The notes: a model not told the origin generated them from the sequence alone. Counted from the first letter of the stretch, positions 29,920 through 41,399 are shown. The stretch: 64,000 nt of DNA from Candidatus Nomurabacteria bacterium (GCA_020632445.1 JACKFN010000001.1:11975-75974); one strand, 5' to 3'. Program-made: numbers and translations.

Positions 29920-30363
29920 CTATGTTGCGGCCTTTATGTTTACGGTTATGTGTACATCCTTGCTGCCCATGTGCATTCCAACTACATGCTTTCCGATCTG
30001 CTTTATGGGGAGCGTAAATCGGATTGCATCAGGCTTTACGTCAAATCCAATTTTTTTGAGTGCAACGCAAACTTCCTTGGCACTGACACTGGCAAAAAGC
30101 TTCCCATCTTCATTAGCCCTCAGGGAAAGCTCAATGGATTTGCCGCTAACCCTATTTGCCACTTTGTTGTCCGCTCGTCTCTCGAGTCGCTTTACCTTTT
30201 CGACGCGGGTCTTTTGTGCCTGAATCTTGGCCACGGCACTATCGGTCGCCATTTGTGCAAGTCCTTTGGGGATCAAAAAATTGCGTGCATATCCATCCGA
30301 GACAGATTTAACCTCTCCCTTTTTTCCTGTCCCCTGTACATTTTGAAGCAGTAGTACTTTCAT
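29920..30363 (-). CDS. rplI: 50S ribosomal protein L9.
   Basis: [32 protein letters not shown]. Confidence 0.9.
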   Translation of the reverse strand: MKVLLLQNVQGTGKKGEVKSVSDGYARNFLIPKGLAQMATDSAVAKIQAQKTRVEKVKRLERRADNKVANRVSGKSIELSLRANEDGKLFASVSAKEVCVALKKIGFDVKPDAIRFTLPIKQIGKHVVGMHMGSKDVHITVNIKAAT

Positions 30364-30437
30364 ATTTTACCCCATTAGTATACGCTTATCTTGCATTTTT
30401 CGCAAGGGTTTGATAGGATAGCCACATAATAGAAAGT

Positions 30438-31286
30438 ATGAAATCAGGATTTGTTGTCCTCGTTGGAAGATCCAACGTTGGAAAATCTACTCTCCTCAAT
30501 ACGCTTGTGGGTACCAAAATAGCGGCTACGAGTTTTCGGGCACAGATGACTCGAAACATTATTCATGGAGTGCTCAATACGCCACAAGGACAGGCGGTTT
30601 TTGTGGATACTCCAGGGGTACTCAAGGCCAAAAAAAGTGAACTCACTGCCAAGCTTCTTAAGCGTGTAGAGGAAGCCCTTTCTGAGATTGATGTGGTCGT
30701 GTACGTTGTTGACCCAACTCGAGAAATTGGTGACGAAGAACGATTTGTACTTGGACTCGTTCGAAAAATTCAAAAGCCAAAAATTCTGGTTATCAACAAA
30801 AGTGATCTTCCGCCACAAGAAAGAAAGCATCAACTCGAGTATGAAGTATTTCAAGAGGATTTTGACGCGGTTTTTCATCTTTCCGCGCTCAAAGGCGCAC
30901 ATGTGCAGCCGCTGCGCGATAAGGTTATTGATTTGCTTCCGGAGGGACATGAGCTCTATCTCGACGGTCAACTCACCAATGTAGATAATTACTTCTTTAT
31001 GGAGGAAATTATTCGTGAAAAAGCATTTTCTGTTTTAGAAAAGGAAGTCCCCTATTCTCTCACCGTTACTGTAGATAATGTTGAAGATGAGGGAGGACTT
31101 TTGCGTGTCGAAGCCAGAATTCTTACCGACGCTGATAGATATAAGAGCATGATAATCGGAAAGCGTGGAGCAAAAATCAAGGAAATTGGTCAAATGGCAA
31201 GAAAGGAACTTGAGCAAGCAACAAATAAAAAAATCTACCTCGCGTTGGAGGTAGAAGTTGATCAGCATTGGGTTCAAAGAGTCTAA
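30438..31286 (+). CDS. era: GTPase Era.
   Basis: G1 motif GRSNVGKST and a KH domain at the C-terminus. 282 aa. Confidence 0.85.
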   Translation: MKSGFVVLVGRSNVGKSTLLNTLVGTKIAATSFRAQMTRNIIHGVLNTPQGQAVFVDTPGVLKAKKSELTAKLLKRVEEALSEIDVVVYVVDPTREIGDEERFVLGLVRKIQKPKILVINKSDLPPQERKHQLEYEVFQEDFDAVFHLSALKGAHVQPLRDKVIDLLPEGHELYLDGQLTNVDNYFFMEEIIREKAFSVLEKEVPYSLTVTVDNVEDEGGLLRVEARILTDADRYKSMIIGKRGAKIKEIGQMARKELEQATNKKIYLALEVEVDQHWVQRV

Positions 31287-31295
31287 TTTCGCGTA

Positions 31296-32534
31296 TCAAT
31301 CCCAATCACGTACCAAATAATTAAGCGGGTTTACAGGAACACCGTTTTTTCTTACCTCAAAGTGTAGATGTGCTCCGGTGACAAATGGTCCGGCTCCAAC
31401 CGTTCCTGGTGTACCGCCTGAGTAACCAATGACATCACCTCTTGTCACAAACTGTTCTTCTTGTACGACAATTTTGCTCATGTGACCATAGACCGTAGCA
31501 AGTCCCCCTGAATGTACAATCATAACGTATGAGTAGCATTTGGAATCCGCACACTTCTTTGCTCTGGCAATATATCCTGTACCGGCAGCGTGCAAAGGCG
31601 TACCATGTGCAGAACGAATATCAATGCCGTTGTGCTCAAAAACATGTCGATAGGGATAGTCTGGATCATGAAAATAGGCAGTAACATAGCGGCTTTGTGT
31701 TGGCCAAGAAAATTTTCCACCTGGATCAACAGGTAGGAGTTCAAGTTTCTTTTGCGCCTCAAGCTTGTCTCTGATCTGCCTTTCTATGCCACCAATTTCA
31801 TTTTCGATTGCTTGGTATTGATTTCGCAGACCTACGACCATGGTACGAAAAACCTGCTCAGAATTTTTTGTCTGGACAAGAATATCCTCCTTTGCAAATT
31901 TTTGTTCCTCAAGGTCGAGCTTGCGTTGTTCTAACTCATCTTGAAGTTGCTTGTAGGCAGCTCTACGCTTTTGGGTTTCGCTATTCTGTTCTTCAAGTGA
32001 TACTTTTGCAACATGCAAGGCGCGTGTTCCTTTTGCAAGGTCACTTTCGACATTCTTGAGGTGCTGTATTTTGTTAAAAAATCGAGAGACATCTCCGTAA
32101 GCTGAAAGTATTTCGACAAAGTTCTTTTCGCTGCTTTTTTGTATGGTACGAAGGAGTTCAGCGGTAATCGCCTGCTGTCTTTTGATATCATTTTCCTTGA
32201 GATCAATTCCAATTTCTAGCCTTTCAATCTCCAGATTGATCGTCGCCAACTTCTCCTCTATGAGCTTAATATCCAAGTCAATCTCTGTAGTACGATTCTC
32301 AAGTATACCAAGTTGATTTTTGAGCGAAAGTGATTCAAGTTGCTTTTCCTCAATTTTCTTTTTGTACTCAACAATGCTTTTCTCAATTTGACTAATTTTG
32401 CTTCGCTTTCCCGCTATTTCATCGTTGAGGCTCTGAATTTCCTCCTTCGTTCCTCCTGTTTCGTTTGAATATGCAAAAAAAGGACTCCCAAGAAGTACTA
32501 CGATGATAAGACTAAAAAAAAGTATGCGATTCAT
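31296..32534 (-). CDS. M23-family metallopeptidase with a long N-terminal coiled coil (EnvC-like murein hydrolase).
   Basis: Signal/transmembrane segment, coiled coil, then an M23 HxxxD…H motif region (HNGIDIRSAHGTPL…HLHFEV). Confidence 0.8.
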   Translation of the reverse strand: MNRILFFSLIIVVLLGSPFFAYSNETGGTKEEIQSLNDEIAGKRSKISQIEKSIVEYKKKIEEKQLESLSLKNQLGILENRTTEIDLDIKLIEEKLATINLEIERLEIGIDLKENDIKRQQAITAELLRTIQKSSEKNFVEILSAYGDVSRFFNKIQHLKNVESDLAKGTRALHVAKVSLEEQNSETQKRRAAYKQLQDELEQRKLDLEEQKFAKEDILVQTKNSEQVFRTMVVGLRNQYQAIENEIGGIERQIRDKLEAQKKLELLPVDPGGKFSWPTQSRYVTAYFHDPDYPYRHVFEHNGIDIRSAHGTPLHAAGTGYIARAKKCADSKCYSYVMIVHSGGLATVYGHMSKIVVQEEQFVTRGDVIGYSGGTPGTVGAGPFVTGAHLHFEVRKNGVPVNPLNYLVRDWD

Positions 32535-32573
32535 ACTCTCCTAGTATACCAAAAAATGAATAAATGGAACAGA

Positions 32574-33506
32574 CTATCTACCAAATTTGTCATAAATGCT
32601 CGAAAGTATCTGCTTACGCAAAAGAAGGGACGAACTACGCAAGATAGTGGCCGATTCTCTTTTGAGATTACCCATAAAGGATACGAGCCACTGTGCAGTT
32701 TGCTCATTGGCGCACACTAGGGTATTTCTTGACTTGGAAATCTCAATAAGATTCAAAAATGCATAATCTGCGCTTAGCTGCGACAAAAACGATTCGATGA
32801 TCTCAAATTTGCCATTTTGTAGGTCCATTGAATTCCATAGTTCAAGCTGTGCAATTCCTACTATGCCACCACCAAAAGGTATGATTTTTGTGTCATTTTG
32901 CAGTGCAAGACTAGTATTGGTATAGACCACTTTATCCACCTCCTCAAAATACTCCTTTGCCAGGTCATCAGTAAAGGAAAAGAGCGTCTTCAACTTCATG
33001 CAAGCATTTTTATCCCGACCAGAAGTAACTGACGCACCAAAGTTCAAAGTATTTGATACTATGGCAAGATAGAGTAACTCAGCAGTCAGTCTATCCATCT
33101 TCTCTACCGCATCATTTTTAACATATTCTTCAAATATAAGAGTTGCAGCTGCACCTATAGGTTCAATAACAGCCCCATCACCTATCCTATCCTTCCAAAA
33201 TGCCTCAAATCCGGGGTGATGATCAAACACATTTGTGACTTTATCTATTTCTACAATGCTATCAAAAAACGCCGGATCCGAAACATCCATAACGACAAAT
33301 TGAGCGTCATTAGAAATTGCATCAGGTGGTAGTTGCGTAGTATACAAGTTTTGTACCCTAAACCGAGAAATTACACTTTGATTTGGCATTGCAGTAATAA
33401 CAGGGATAGCCCTTATTTCCATGAGCTTGAGCAACATGCTATACGCATAAACGCATGCGAGCGCATCTATATCTACAAATTTTTTACCTGATGTCACTAT
33501 GAACAT
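32574..33506 (-). CDS. DHH-family phosphoesterase (NrnA-like nanoRNase / pAp phosphatase).
   Basis: DHH motif FDHHPG, and aspartates at the N-terminus (VDIDALA). Confidence 0.65.
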   Translation of the reverse strand: MFIVTSGKKFVDIDALACVYAYSMLLKLMEIRAIPVITAMPNQSVISRFRVQNLYTTQLPPDAISNDAQFVVMDVSDPAFFDSIVEIDKVTNVFDHHPGFEAFWKDRIGDGAVIEPIGAAATLIFEEYVKNDAVEKMDRLTAELLYLAIVSNTLNFGASVTSGRDKNACMKLKTLFSFTDDLAKEYFEEVDKVVYTNTSLALQNDTKIIPFGGGIVGIAQLELWNSMDLQNGKFEIIESFLSQLSADYAFLNLIEISKSRNTLVCANEQTAQWLVSFMGNLKRESATILRSSSLLLRKQILSSIYDKFGR

Positions 33507-33515
33507 TTGAAATTT

Positions 33516-35015
33516 TTAAAGAGAAGCTGTGGCGGTTGATATCCTTTTGAGAGTCTCCCTTTTTCCCAAAACCTCAGCAATTTCAAAAGGACCAGGAGAA
33601 TTTTTTTGACCTGAAAGTGCTACACGCAGCGGCCACAGCACATCACCAAAACCATATCCTTTTTCTTCTATCCAACCGCGGACTGTTAACTCGAGATGCT
33701 GCTTGCTCCAGGAATCTTGTGAGATACCCTCAAGCAACTCATGAACGCGCCCTAGTTTATCCTTGGCATCCTCGGCAGTAGCCTTCTTCCAAATGAGTAA
33801 CAAAGGATCATAGCTTAAGTCATCAGAAAAGACAAAACCAAGTGCTCCTGGGAGTTCACTGAGTGTGGATACTCGACTTCTCTCCAAATCAACCGTTTTC
33901 TCAAGGCGCTTAAGCTCATCGATATCGTCAATTTCATCTGTATCGAGTATTCCCTGATGCTTAAAAAAGGGCAACACACGACGGGTTATCTCCTCAAGTG
34001 GCATATTTGTAAGGTAGTGCTTATTGTACCAATCAAGTTTCTCACGGTTAAACACTGAAGCAGCCTTCCCCACCCCATCAAAACTAAATGCCTCCTGAAG
34101 GCCTTGAAGGTCAAAGATTTCTTGTTCAGTACCTGGATTCCATCCCAAAAATGCAATGAAATTTACCAAAGCTTCCGGAAGATACCCTTTTTCCTTAAAA
34201 TCAGTAACAGAAACGTCGCCATGTCGTTTAGAAAGCTTTGCTTTCTGTTCATTGACAAGAAGTGAAAGATGCGCGAACGTGGGAGGATGCCAACCAAAAG
34301 CGCGATACAAAAGTATATGTTTTGGTGTAGATGGCAGCCATTCCTCACCGCGAATAACATGCGTAATTTCCATGAGATGATCGTCAACCACATTGGCGAG
34401 GTGGTATGTAGGGAATCCATCACTTTTCAGGAGAATTTGATCATCGATCTCACTACTATGAATTTTTACCTTTCCACGTACCAAATCATCAAATTCAACC
34501 ATCTCGTTTTCCGGAATTACCAACCGAAGTACATGCGGTTCACCTGAATTGATACGATCTTTTACCTCCTCGTCGCTCAGTGTAAAACTATTTCGCATAC
34601 TATGACGATCGTAGATCATTTTTTGCTTTGATGCTTGCTGAACCTCTCTCATGGCATCAAGCTCTTCAGCAGTATCAAAGGCATAATACGCGTGACCCGA
34701 TTCGAGCAATCTCATGGCATATTCTTTGTAAATGGAAAAACGCTCAGACTGAATATAGGGTCCTTTATCCCCTTTCTGAATAACACTAGCGCCATGTGCG
34801 TCAACTCCTTCATCAATATGGATGCCCGCCCAATGAAGCGAGTCTATAATCTGCTCCATTCCCCCCTCTACGAATCGAGTTTGATCGGTGTCTTCAATAC
34901 GCAAAATAAATTCTCCTCCATTCTTTTTTGCAAACAAGTACGCGAAAAGCGCGGTGCGCAATCCACCAATGTGAAGCATCCCGGTTGGACTTGGGGCAAA
35001 GCGTGTTCGAATCAT
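33516..35015 (-). CDS. gltX: Glutamyl-tRNA synthetase.
   Basis: RFAPSPTGMLHIGG (HIGH) and KLSKR (KMSKS). Confidence 0.9.
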   Translation of the reverse strand: MIRTRFAPSPTGMLHIGGLRTALFAYLFAKKNGGEFILRIEDTDQTRFVEGGMEQIIDSLHWAGIHIDEGVDAHGASVIQKGDKGPYIQSERFSIYKEYAMRLLESGHAYYAFDTAEELDAMREVQQASKQKMIYDRHSMRNSFTLSDEEVKDRINSGEPHVLRLVIPENEMVEFDDLVRGKVKIHSSEIDDQILLKSDGFPTYHLANVVDDHLMEITHVIRGEEWLPSTPKHILLYRAFGWHPPTFAHLSLLVNEQKAKLSKRHGDVSVTDFKEKGYLPEALVNFIAFLGWNPGTEQEIFDLQGLQEAFSFDGVGKAASVFNREKLDWYNKHYLTNMPLEEITRRVLPFFKHQGILDTDEIDDIDELKRLEKTVDLERSRVSTLSELPGALGFVFSDDLSYDPLLLIWKKATAEDAKDKLGRVHELLEGISQDSWSKQHLELTVRGWIEEKGYGFGDVLWPLRVALSGQKNSPGPFEIAEVLGKRETLKRISTATASL

Positions 35016-35024
35016 AAAATAGTG

Positions 35025-35363
35025 TTAAGCAAGTTTACTACCATTAGGTACATCTTTGTCAGGAACAGCAAGCACAACGCTTCCATCTTCTCTATAAAAA
35101 CCAGTGCAAAGAAATTCTGAAATAAATGGACCAATCTGCTTTGGGGGAAAGTTTACCACTCCAACAACCTGCTTTCCAATCAGATCTTCCACATCGTAGA
35201 GATCTGTTATTCGAGCGCTTGTCCTCTTGATACCAATTTCTTCACCAAAATTTACCGTGAGCTTATATGCAGGTATCCTTGCCTCAGGAAACGCATCTGC
35301 GCCAATAATAGTGCCAATTCGCAATTCAACTTTTTCAAAGTCATTCCATTGAATTTCTTCCAT
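35025..35363 (-). CDS. tRNA-binding domain protein (CsaA / EMAP-II-like OB fold).
   Basis: 112 aa. The [14 protein letters not shown] pattern is typical of tRNA-binding OB domains. Confidence 0.7.
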   Translation of the reverse strand: MEEIQWNDFEKVELRIGTIIGADAFPEARIPAYKLTVNFGEEIGIKRTSARITDLYDVEDLIGKQVVGVVNFPPKQIGPFISEFLCTGFYREDGSVVLAVPDKDVPNGSKLA

Positions 35364-35368
35364 AGAGT

Positions 35369-36136
35369 CTATGCATTCTTCATAAGCTGATACAGGGCAA
35401 TACCTCCTGCCATAGCCACGTTGAGCGACTCAGCACTTCCCTGACCTGGTATAGTGTACCTTTGATCTGCCATTTTTTCAAGATCAGGACTAATTCCGTG
35501 TGACTCGCTCCCCAAGGCCAAAATATGACGTTTCTGAGGGGAAATGGTAGATATATCATCGCCATTCATATCCAGAATACTCAGAACATATCCATCCTTT
35601 TTCAGGAGTTCTAAGGTGTGCGCATCATCGGATGATTGAATGAGTTTCAAACGAAATATGGAACCCATCGTTGACCTCACCACCTTGTCATTATACGGAT
35701 CAACACAATTCCTTGACAAAACAATGTTTCTCACTCCAAACCAGTCAGCTGTTCGAATAAGGGTACCAAGATTTCCTGGATCGCTAATGTTTTCAAGGTA
35801 CAAAATGTGCGATTGCTGGTCAATGTCATCAAAATCGTTCTCAGGCATTTCACATAAGGCCATAACTCCAGAAAAAGTCTCTGTTGTCTTGATTTTGTTA
35901 ATGTCTAAGTTTGAAGCAAAGTGAACTTCAGCGCCTCGCTGCTTTGCTGCCCGTGTGAGCTCTGCGTAATGCTCGTCATCTTGTAAAATCGCACTTATAA
36001 TCACGGCGGCTACCTGTCCATGCCGCAGAGCTTCCATGACGCCCTTTTCACCCTCAACGATAAAATGCCCAAAATCTCGACGATACTTCTTTTGGGCAAG
36101 TTTTCCAATGTGCTTAAGGAGATTTTTTTCTAACAT
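35369..36136 (-). CDS. SpoU/TrmH-family RNA 2'-O-methyltransferase.
   Basis: SPOUT motifs, including [16 protein letters not shown]. Confidence 0.8.
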   Translation of the reverse strand: MLEKNLLKHIGKLAQKKYRRDFGHFIVEGEKGVMEALRHGQVAAVIISAILQDDEHYAELTRAAKQRGAEVHFASNLDINKIKTTETFSGVMALCEMPENDFDDIDQQSHILYLENISDPGNLGTLIRTADWFGVRNIVLSRNCVDPYNDKVVRSTMGSIFRLKLIQSSDDAHTLELLKKDGYVLSILDMNGDDISTISPQKRHILALGSESHGISPDLEKMADQRYTIPGQGSAESLNVAMAGGIALYQLMKNA

Positions 36137-36140
36137 AGTT

Positions 36141-36944
36141 TTATGAATCTATTTTATAGATACCAAGCTTGTACATAAGACATAAAAGAGGAAAAACAAA
36201 CACTGCTCGAATAATTCTGACTATCCGCCTTGGCTGGCGAAAAACTCGGTAAAGCCACTCTAGCCCCAGTGCCCGGAAAAATTTTGGAGCACGACTCACA
36301 TGGCCACTAATATAGTCAAGTGTTCCACCAACACCAATGGCAATACGCACACTTGGTAGGTACTTCAGATTTTCGTAGATCCATTTTTCTTGCTTTGGAT
36401 GTCCAAAACCCACGACAAGCACTTCCGGCGCTACATCTATGATGTCATCAATAAGCCTTTCATTCTCACTCTCGTCTATGACATTTATGATTCTTCCATG
36501 ATTTTTGCCTGTACTAATGATCGGCCCGACATGTGTCCCTACCACACGCAACCCCTTGTGGGCAGTGAGAATGTTTCGCCTGGCTTGCTCAAGAACTGAC
36601 GCGTTACCCGTACCCAACAAAAACACTCCTTTGCCTTCCCTGTCTGCAACCTCAAAGATGTCATGGACAAAGTCAGCTCCTGAGATCCTTTGAAGTCTCA
36701 AAAGAGACGCGAGGCGTAGCCCAAATCCATCACAGAGTGTAAGATCTGCCGATGAAAGGATTTCTCTAAAATAAGCATCATGTGCGGCCTCTACGAGCAT
36801 TTCTGGATTGGGGGTAAAAATGGCATGAGATGCTGTTGAGCGAAGATACTGATCGATCCTCTCTTTTGCCTGCTGGCGGGAAATACGGTCAATAGCCACC
36901 CCAAGTATTCTTATTCTCTCTGTATTTTTCTTTAGTTCATTCAC
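36141..36944 (-). CDS. WecB/TagA/CpsF-family (GT26) glycosyltransferase.
   Basis: ILGVAIDRISRQQAKERI…FTPNPEML pattern of the GT26 family. Confidence 0.7.
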   Translation of the reverse strand: MNELKKNTERIRILGVAIDRISRQQAKERIDQYLRSTASHAIFTPNPEMLVEAAHDAYFREILSSADLTLCDGFGLRLASLLRLQRISGADFVHDIFEVADREGKGVFLLGTGNASVLEQARRNILTAHKGLRVVGTHVGPIISTGKNHGRIINVIDESENERLIDDIIDVAPEVLVVGFGHPKQEKWIYENLKYLPSVRIAIGVGGTLDYISGHVSRAPKFFRALGLEWLYRVFRQPRRIVRIIRAVFVFPLLCLMYKLGIYKIDS

Positions 36945-36980
36945 ATTTTTTCCCTAAATATGGTATAATCATAGCATATC

Positions 36981-37036
36981 TTGACATTTTTTCAAGGCAT
37001 GGTATAGTATTATCACTCAGGTATGTAGAGTGCTAA
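36981..37036 (+). promoter_or_regulatory. clpB promoter with an overlapping CIRCE-like (HrcA operator) inverted repeat.
   Basis: TTGACA at 36981-36986, then TGgTATAGT as an extended -10. TTATCACTC-N9-GAGTGCTAA (37010-37036) differs by one mismatch from the CIRCE consensus TTAGCACTC-N9-GAGTGCTAA. Confidence 0.6.
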
Positions 37037-37043
37037 TTATTCT

Positions 37044-39686
37044 ATGTTATCACATAATTTTACACAAAAAACTCAGGAAGCTCTTCAGAGGGCTCAGCAG
37101 ATCTCTTTTGAATTTTCGCATCCTCAAATTGATCCTCCTCATCTATTTCTCGCTCTCATTGAGTCTCAGGATGGACTTGTCGTATCTATTCTTGCAAAGC
37201 TGAAAATTGATCTTGAGGGGACTCGAAAACATATAGAAGGGATAGTGAATAATATTCCAAAGTACTTTGGTTCTCGTCCACAAGGAGGCCCAGGTCAGGT
37301 CATTATGGGGCAAGCTATGATGCAAATTCTTCAAGCTGCTCAAACAGAAAGCAAGCAAATGGGAGATGAATACATTTCAGTAGAACACTTGCTTTTGGCT
37401 TTTTTGAGTAGCAAGAATCCAATATCAGAGCTCCTCCTGAGACAAGGCGCAAGCTATGATGAAGTTCTCAAGGTTCTCGCAGAGGTCCGCGGCAATCAGC
37501 GCGTGGACAATCCCAATCCCGAAAAAACCTACCAGGTTCTTGAAAAGTATGGAAAAAATTTCACAGATCTAGCACGTAGAGAAAAACTCGATCCTGTAAT
37601 TGGTCGCGACGAAGAAATCAGACGTGTTATGCAAGTACTTACTCGGCGTGTCAAAAATAACCCGGTTCTTATCGGTGAGCCAGGTGTTGGAAAAACGGCT
37701 ATTGCCGAAGGTCTTGCACAGCGAATTGTCAACGGAGATGTACCGGATAGTTTGAAAGATAAAGAACTTATTGGTCTTGATATTGGAGCATTGGTTGCCG
37801 GCACCAAATTTCGTGGTGAGTTCGAAGAGAGATTCAAGGCTGTCCTCAAAGAAGTTACCAGTAGCGAAGGGAAAATCATTCTTTTTATTGATGAACTTCA
37901 CACTATCATGGGGGCAGGTTCTTCAGAGGGTTCTGTCGATGCTTCCAATATGCTCAAACCAGCACTTGCACGTGGAGAAATTAACACCATTGGTGCTACG
38001 ACGCTCAAGGAATACCAACAGCATATTGAAAAGGACGCAGCATTTGAGCGTCGATTTCAGCCAGTGATGGTGAGTGAGCCAAACCAAGAAGACGCTATTG
38101 CCATTTTGCGTGGAATCAAAGAAAAATATGAAGTCCACCATGGTGTGCAGATTACTGATGCTTCTATTGTAGCTGCCGTAGAGCTCTCTTCACGCTACAT
38201 TACTGATCGATTTCTTCCAGACAAGGCTATTGACCTTATTGATGAGGCCACCTCAGCCCTTCGACTAGAAATTGAATCCATGCCAGCAGAACTTGATGCC
38301 ATGAAACGCAAGATCATGAAGCTTTCTATTGAAATCAAAGCCCTTTCAAAGGAAAAAGATGAAGACACGAAAGCAAAGAAGAAAAAACTCAAAATCGAAT
38401 TAGAGAATCTTCAAGAGAAAAGCAATGAACTGGAGGTTCATTGGAGAAATGAGCGTGACATTATCCATGGGATGAAAGATCACAAGAAACAAATTGACAA
38501 GCTCAGACAGCAGGCTGATATTGCCGAACGTAAAGGTGATCTTCAGAAGGTTGCAGAGATTCGCTACGGTGAAATTCCAAGACTTGAGTCGGAGATCAAA
38601 TCTATGGAAAATCGGCTTGATGATGTCCAAAAAGGAAGGGCCATCTTGAAAGAAGAAGTCACTGAAGAAGATATTGCCAAAGTAGTTGCCAGATGGACCG
38701 GAGTTCCTGTAGAGCGCATGCTTGAGGATGAAAAGAAAAAGCTTGCCCGCATGGAACAAGATCTTTCCAAGCGTGTTATTGGTCAAGCAGACGCCATTGC
38801 TTCTATTTCCAATGCCATAAGACGCTCACGTGCTGGTATTTCCGAAGAAAAGAGACCTATTGGATCCTTTGTCTTCATGGGACCAACGGGTGTTGGAAAA
38901 ACAGAACTTGCCAAGGCGCTTGCTGAGTTTATGTTTAATGATGAAGATGCGATTATACGCGTTGACATGAGTGAATACATGGAAAAACACGCAGTCTCAA
39001 AGATGATGGGAGCGGCGCCTGGCTATGTTGGATATGAAGAAGGTGGCCAGCTCACTGAACGTGTGCGAAGACGTCCCTATTCTGTTGTACTCTTTGATGA
39101 AATTGAAAAAGCGCATCCAGAAGTCTTTAATGTGATGCTTCAAATCTTAGAAGATGGACACCTCACAGACGCCAAAGGAAGAAAAGTCAATTTCAAAAAC
39201 ACGGTAATTATCATGACAAGTAATGTCGGATCAGAAATGATTATGAAGATGGGTAGGTCTGGTGAATTTGGTTTTGGAGAGAACAAGGAAGCTGGTATCA
39301 AAGAGAATGAGGAAATGGTCAAAAAGCGTGTTATGGATGCTTTGCAAGAACATTTTCGGCCAGAATTTCTTAACCGTATTGACGAAATTATCATGTTTCA
39401 TCCCCTTTCCCCTCAAGATATACGGTTTATTGTCGATCTTCAGCTTAAGCAGGTACAACAACGTCTTGACAACAAGAAAATTTCTTTAAGTGTTAGTAGC
39501 AAGGCGAAGGATTGGCTTGGAGAAAGAGGGTTTGATGCAAACCTAGGTGCTCGTCCGCTGCGACGCATCATCCAAACAGAATTGCTTGATGAGCTTGCCA
39601 TGGACATTCTTGAAGGGGAAATTGAGGATGGTGCCAAAGTGAAAGTTGACTTGAAAGATGATAAGCTTGCTTTAAGTAGTAAGTAA
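37044..39686 (+). CDS. clpB: Chaperone ClpB (AAA+ disaggregase).
   Basis: Clp_N repeats, two AAA+ modules (GEPGVGKT and GPTGVGKT) and a long coiled-coil M-domain. 880 aa. Confidence 0.95.
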   Translation: MLSHNFTQKTQEALQRAQQISFEFSHPQIDPPHLFLALIESQDGLVVSILAKLKIDLEGTRKHIEGIVNNIPKYFGSRPQGGPGQVIMGQAMMQILQAAQTESKQMGDEYISVEHLLLAFLSSKNPISELLLRQGASYDEVLKVLAEVRGNQRVDNPNPEKTYQVLEKYGKNFTDLARREKLDPVIGRDEEIRRVMQVLTRRVKNNPVLIGEPGVGKTAIAEGLAQRIVNGDVPDSLKDKELIGLDIGALVAGTKFRGEFEERFKAVLKEVTSSEGKIILFIDELHTIMGAGSSEGSVDASNMLKPALARGEINTIGATTLKEYQQHIEKDAAFERRFQPVMVSEPNQEDAIAILRGIKEKYEVHHGVQITDASIVAAVELSSRYITDRFLPDKAIDLIDEATSALRLEIESMPAELDAMKRKIMKLSIEIKALSKEKDEDTKAKKKKLKIELENLQEKSNELEVHWRNERDIIHGMKDHKKQIDKLRQQADIAERKGDLQKVAEIRYGEIPRLESEIKSMENRLDDVQKGRAILKEEVTEEDIAKVVARWTGVPVERMLEDEKKKLARMEQDLSKRVIGQADAIASISNAIRRSRAGISEEKRPIGSFVFMGPTGVGKTELAKALAEFMFNDEDAIIRVDMSEYMEKHAVSKMMGAAPGYVGYEEGGQLTERVRRRPYSVVLFDEIEKAHPEVFNVMLQILEDGHLTDAKGRKVNFKNTVIIMTSNVGSEMIMKMGRSGEFGFGENKEAGIKENEEMVKKRVMDALQEHFRPEFLNRIDEIIMFHPLSPQDIRFIVDLQLKQVQQRLDNKKISLSVSSKAKDWLGERGFDANLGARPLRRIIQTELLDELAMDILEGEIEDGAKVKVDLKDDKLALSSK

Positions 39687-39715
39687 AAAACAGAGGTTCA
39701 TACCTCTGTTTTTTA
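39685..39715. terminator. Bidirectional rho-independent terminator shared by clpB and the convergent ferredoxin gene.
   Basis: AAAAAA-CAGAGGT-tcat-ACCTCTG-TTTTTTT. Confidence 0.85.
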
Positions 39716-39725
39716 CTTCTCACAA

Positions 39726-40073
39726 TTACTCCTCTGGAAAAATCTTTTTCCCTTCACCATCATACAAATGAATAGCAAGTACTGGGCACGCCTCTGCCGC
39801 AAGCTTCACCGTGTCATCGTCATACGCTTCTGGATCATCGATATACGCCAAATCCATTTCGTCCATTTTAAAAACATCCTCCGCCACAACCACACAAGAA
39901 CGCGCACCAATACAACCCTGACGGTCAACAACAATACGCTTGATGTCACCTTCTTTGATGACGCGCACACCTTGTGAAATATCATCGAAGTTACTAAGAT
40001 CATCTGGCTTTGCTATATCCGTGTTTTCATCTGCGATTTTGTTGTTTTTTTCAAGTAACTCTTGTGGTGTCAT
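39726..40073 (-). CDS. Ferredoxin (small Fe-S protein).
   Basis: CIGARSC…EACP cysteine pattern. Acidic 115-aa protein. Confidence 0.6.
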   Translation of the reverse strand: MTPQELLEKNNKIADENTDIAKPDDLSNFDDISQGVRVIKEGDIKRIVVDRQGCIGARSCVVVAEDVFKMDEMDLAYIDDPEAYDDDTVKLAAEACPVLAIHLYDGEGKKIFPEE

Positions 40074-40075
40074 AT

Positions 40076-40381
40076 TTATAGATCTCTTAAATCGTCCAAA
40101 AAATCATCACTGAAATCAAGAATTTGTGCTTCACGCTTGATTCCGCCTTGCTCAATTTTCTTCAAGATAGTTGCTTTTTCTGCTTGATGCACAAAATGGT
40201 CATCATTCACCCGCACATTCGGTGACAAAGAGCAATACCCGGTACAAGGTGTTGTGTCAAGCTCTATAGTACCATCATTTTGACCAGGCTTCAACCCTAG
40301 CTTTTCCTGCAAAAACAGAAGAAGATCTCGGCTTCCCATGCTTGTACACGATTTTCCACAACAGACTTCTACCCGCTTCAT
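40076..40381 (-). CDS. Thioredoxin-like [2Fe-2S] ferredoxin (NuoE-like).
   Basis: VCCGKSC…PCTGYCSLSPNVRVND pattern. The start is set at MKRVEV so that it abuts sufT. Confidence 0.6.
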   Translation of the reverse strand: MKRVEVCCGKSCTSMGSRDLLLFLQEKLGLKPGQNDGTIELDTTPCTGYCSLSPNVRVNDDHFVHQAEKATILKKIEQGGIKREAQILDFSDDFLDDLRDL

Positions 40382-40689
40382 AACACAAAACCCATTATAT
40401 CCTTGAGATCCTCTGGGGGCTGCCATGGAGGGTCAAAGGTAATTTCAACTTCTGGATTCTTAAAACCCGCATCTCGCACTGCGTCCTCAATACCACCTAT
40501 AAGCTGCGGTCCAAAAGGACACATCGGGGAGGTAAATGTTACTAAAAGGTGCACATGATGCTTGCTGTGTACGGTTATTTCGTATACCAGTCCAAGAGTA
40601 ACAATATCAAGCCCAATCTCCGGGTCTTCTACTTTCTTCAGTGCGTCAAAAATGTCTTGCTGCTGCTTAGATAATTGCTTCATATCCAT
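40378..40689 (-). CDS. sufT: SufT / MIP18-family Fe-S assembly protein (DUF59).
   Basis: DPEIGLDIVTLGLVY…FTSPMCPF signature of DUF59. Confidence 0.75.
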   Translation of the reverse strand: MDMKQLSKQQQDIFDALKKVEDPEIGLDIVTLGLVYEITVHSKHHVHLLVTFTSPMCPFGPQLIGGIEDAVRDAGFKNPEVEITFDPPWQPPEDLKDIMGFVL

Positions 40690-41395
40690 TTTTTTCTATT
40701 TGAACGGCAAGCTCGGCCCCACCACTTTGCACTATCCTTCCATCGATCATAATATGCACAACGTCAGGCTTTAGGTATTCAAGAATTCTGTTGTAGTGAG
40801 TAATTATGAGAATTCCCTTGTGTTTATTCATGAATGCGTTAATCCCATCACATACCGATTTGAGTGCATCCACATCAAGACCAGAGTCGGTTTCGTCTAG
40901 AAGCGCGTACTTCGGATCAAGCACGGAAAGTTGCAGAGCTTCAAGCTTTTTCTTTTCTCCACCAGAAAAACCGACGTTGAGTGCTCTGCGTGCAAATTTT
41001 TTGTCCAAACCAAGTATTTCCATCTTTTTAACCAAATACTTATGGAACTCAATTGGATGTTGTTTTTCTCCTGTTATAGCTGCCTTTGCTGTTCGCAAAA
41101 AGTTTGTGACACTCACCCCGGGAATTTCTGGAACATACTGCATAGAAAGAAAGACACCTCTTTGAGCGCGCTTATCAGGAGACAAATTTTGCACCTGCTC
41201 ACCATCGACTAAAATTTTCCCAGAGGTTATCGTGTACTTTGGGTGACCTGCAATAGCATTCGCAAGTGTAGACTTCCCTGAGCCATTCGGCCCCATAATG
41301 GCATGCACTTCTCCAGGCTTCACTTCCAAACTCAAATTTGAAAATATCTCTTTATCCCCTACGCTTACGGCTAATTTTTTTACCTCTAAACTCAT
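40667..41395 (-). CDS. sufC: Fe-S cluster assembly ATPase SufC.
   Basis: Walker A GPNGSGKST, ABC signature FSGGEKKK, start MSLEVKKLAVSV. Confidence 0.9.
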   Translation of the reverse strand: MSLEVKKLAVSVGDKEIFSNLSLEVKPGEVHAIMGPNGSGKSTLANAIAGHPKYTITSGKILVDGEQVQNLSPDKRAQRGVFLSMQYVPEIPGVSVTNFLRTAKAAITGEKQHPIEFHKYLVKKMEILGLDKKFARRALNVGFSGGEKKKLEALQLSVLDPKYALLDETDSGLDVDALKSVCDGINAFMNKHKGILIITHYNRILEYLKPDVVHIMIDGRIVQSGGAELAVQIEKNGYEAII

Positions 41396-41399
41396 ATTT

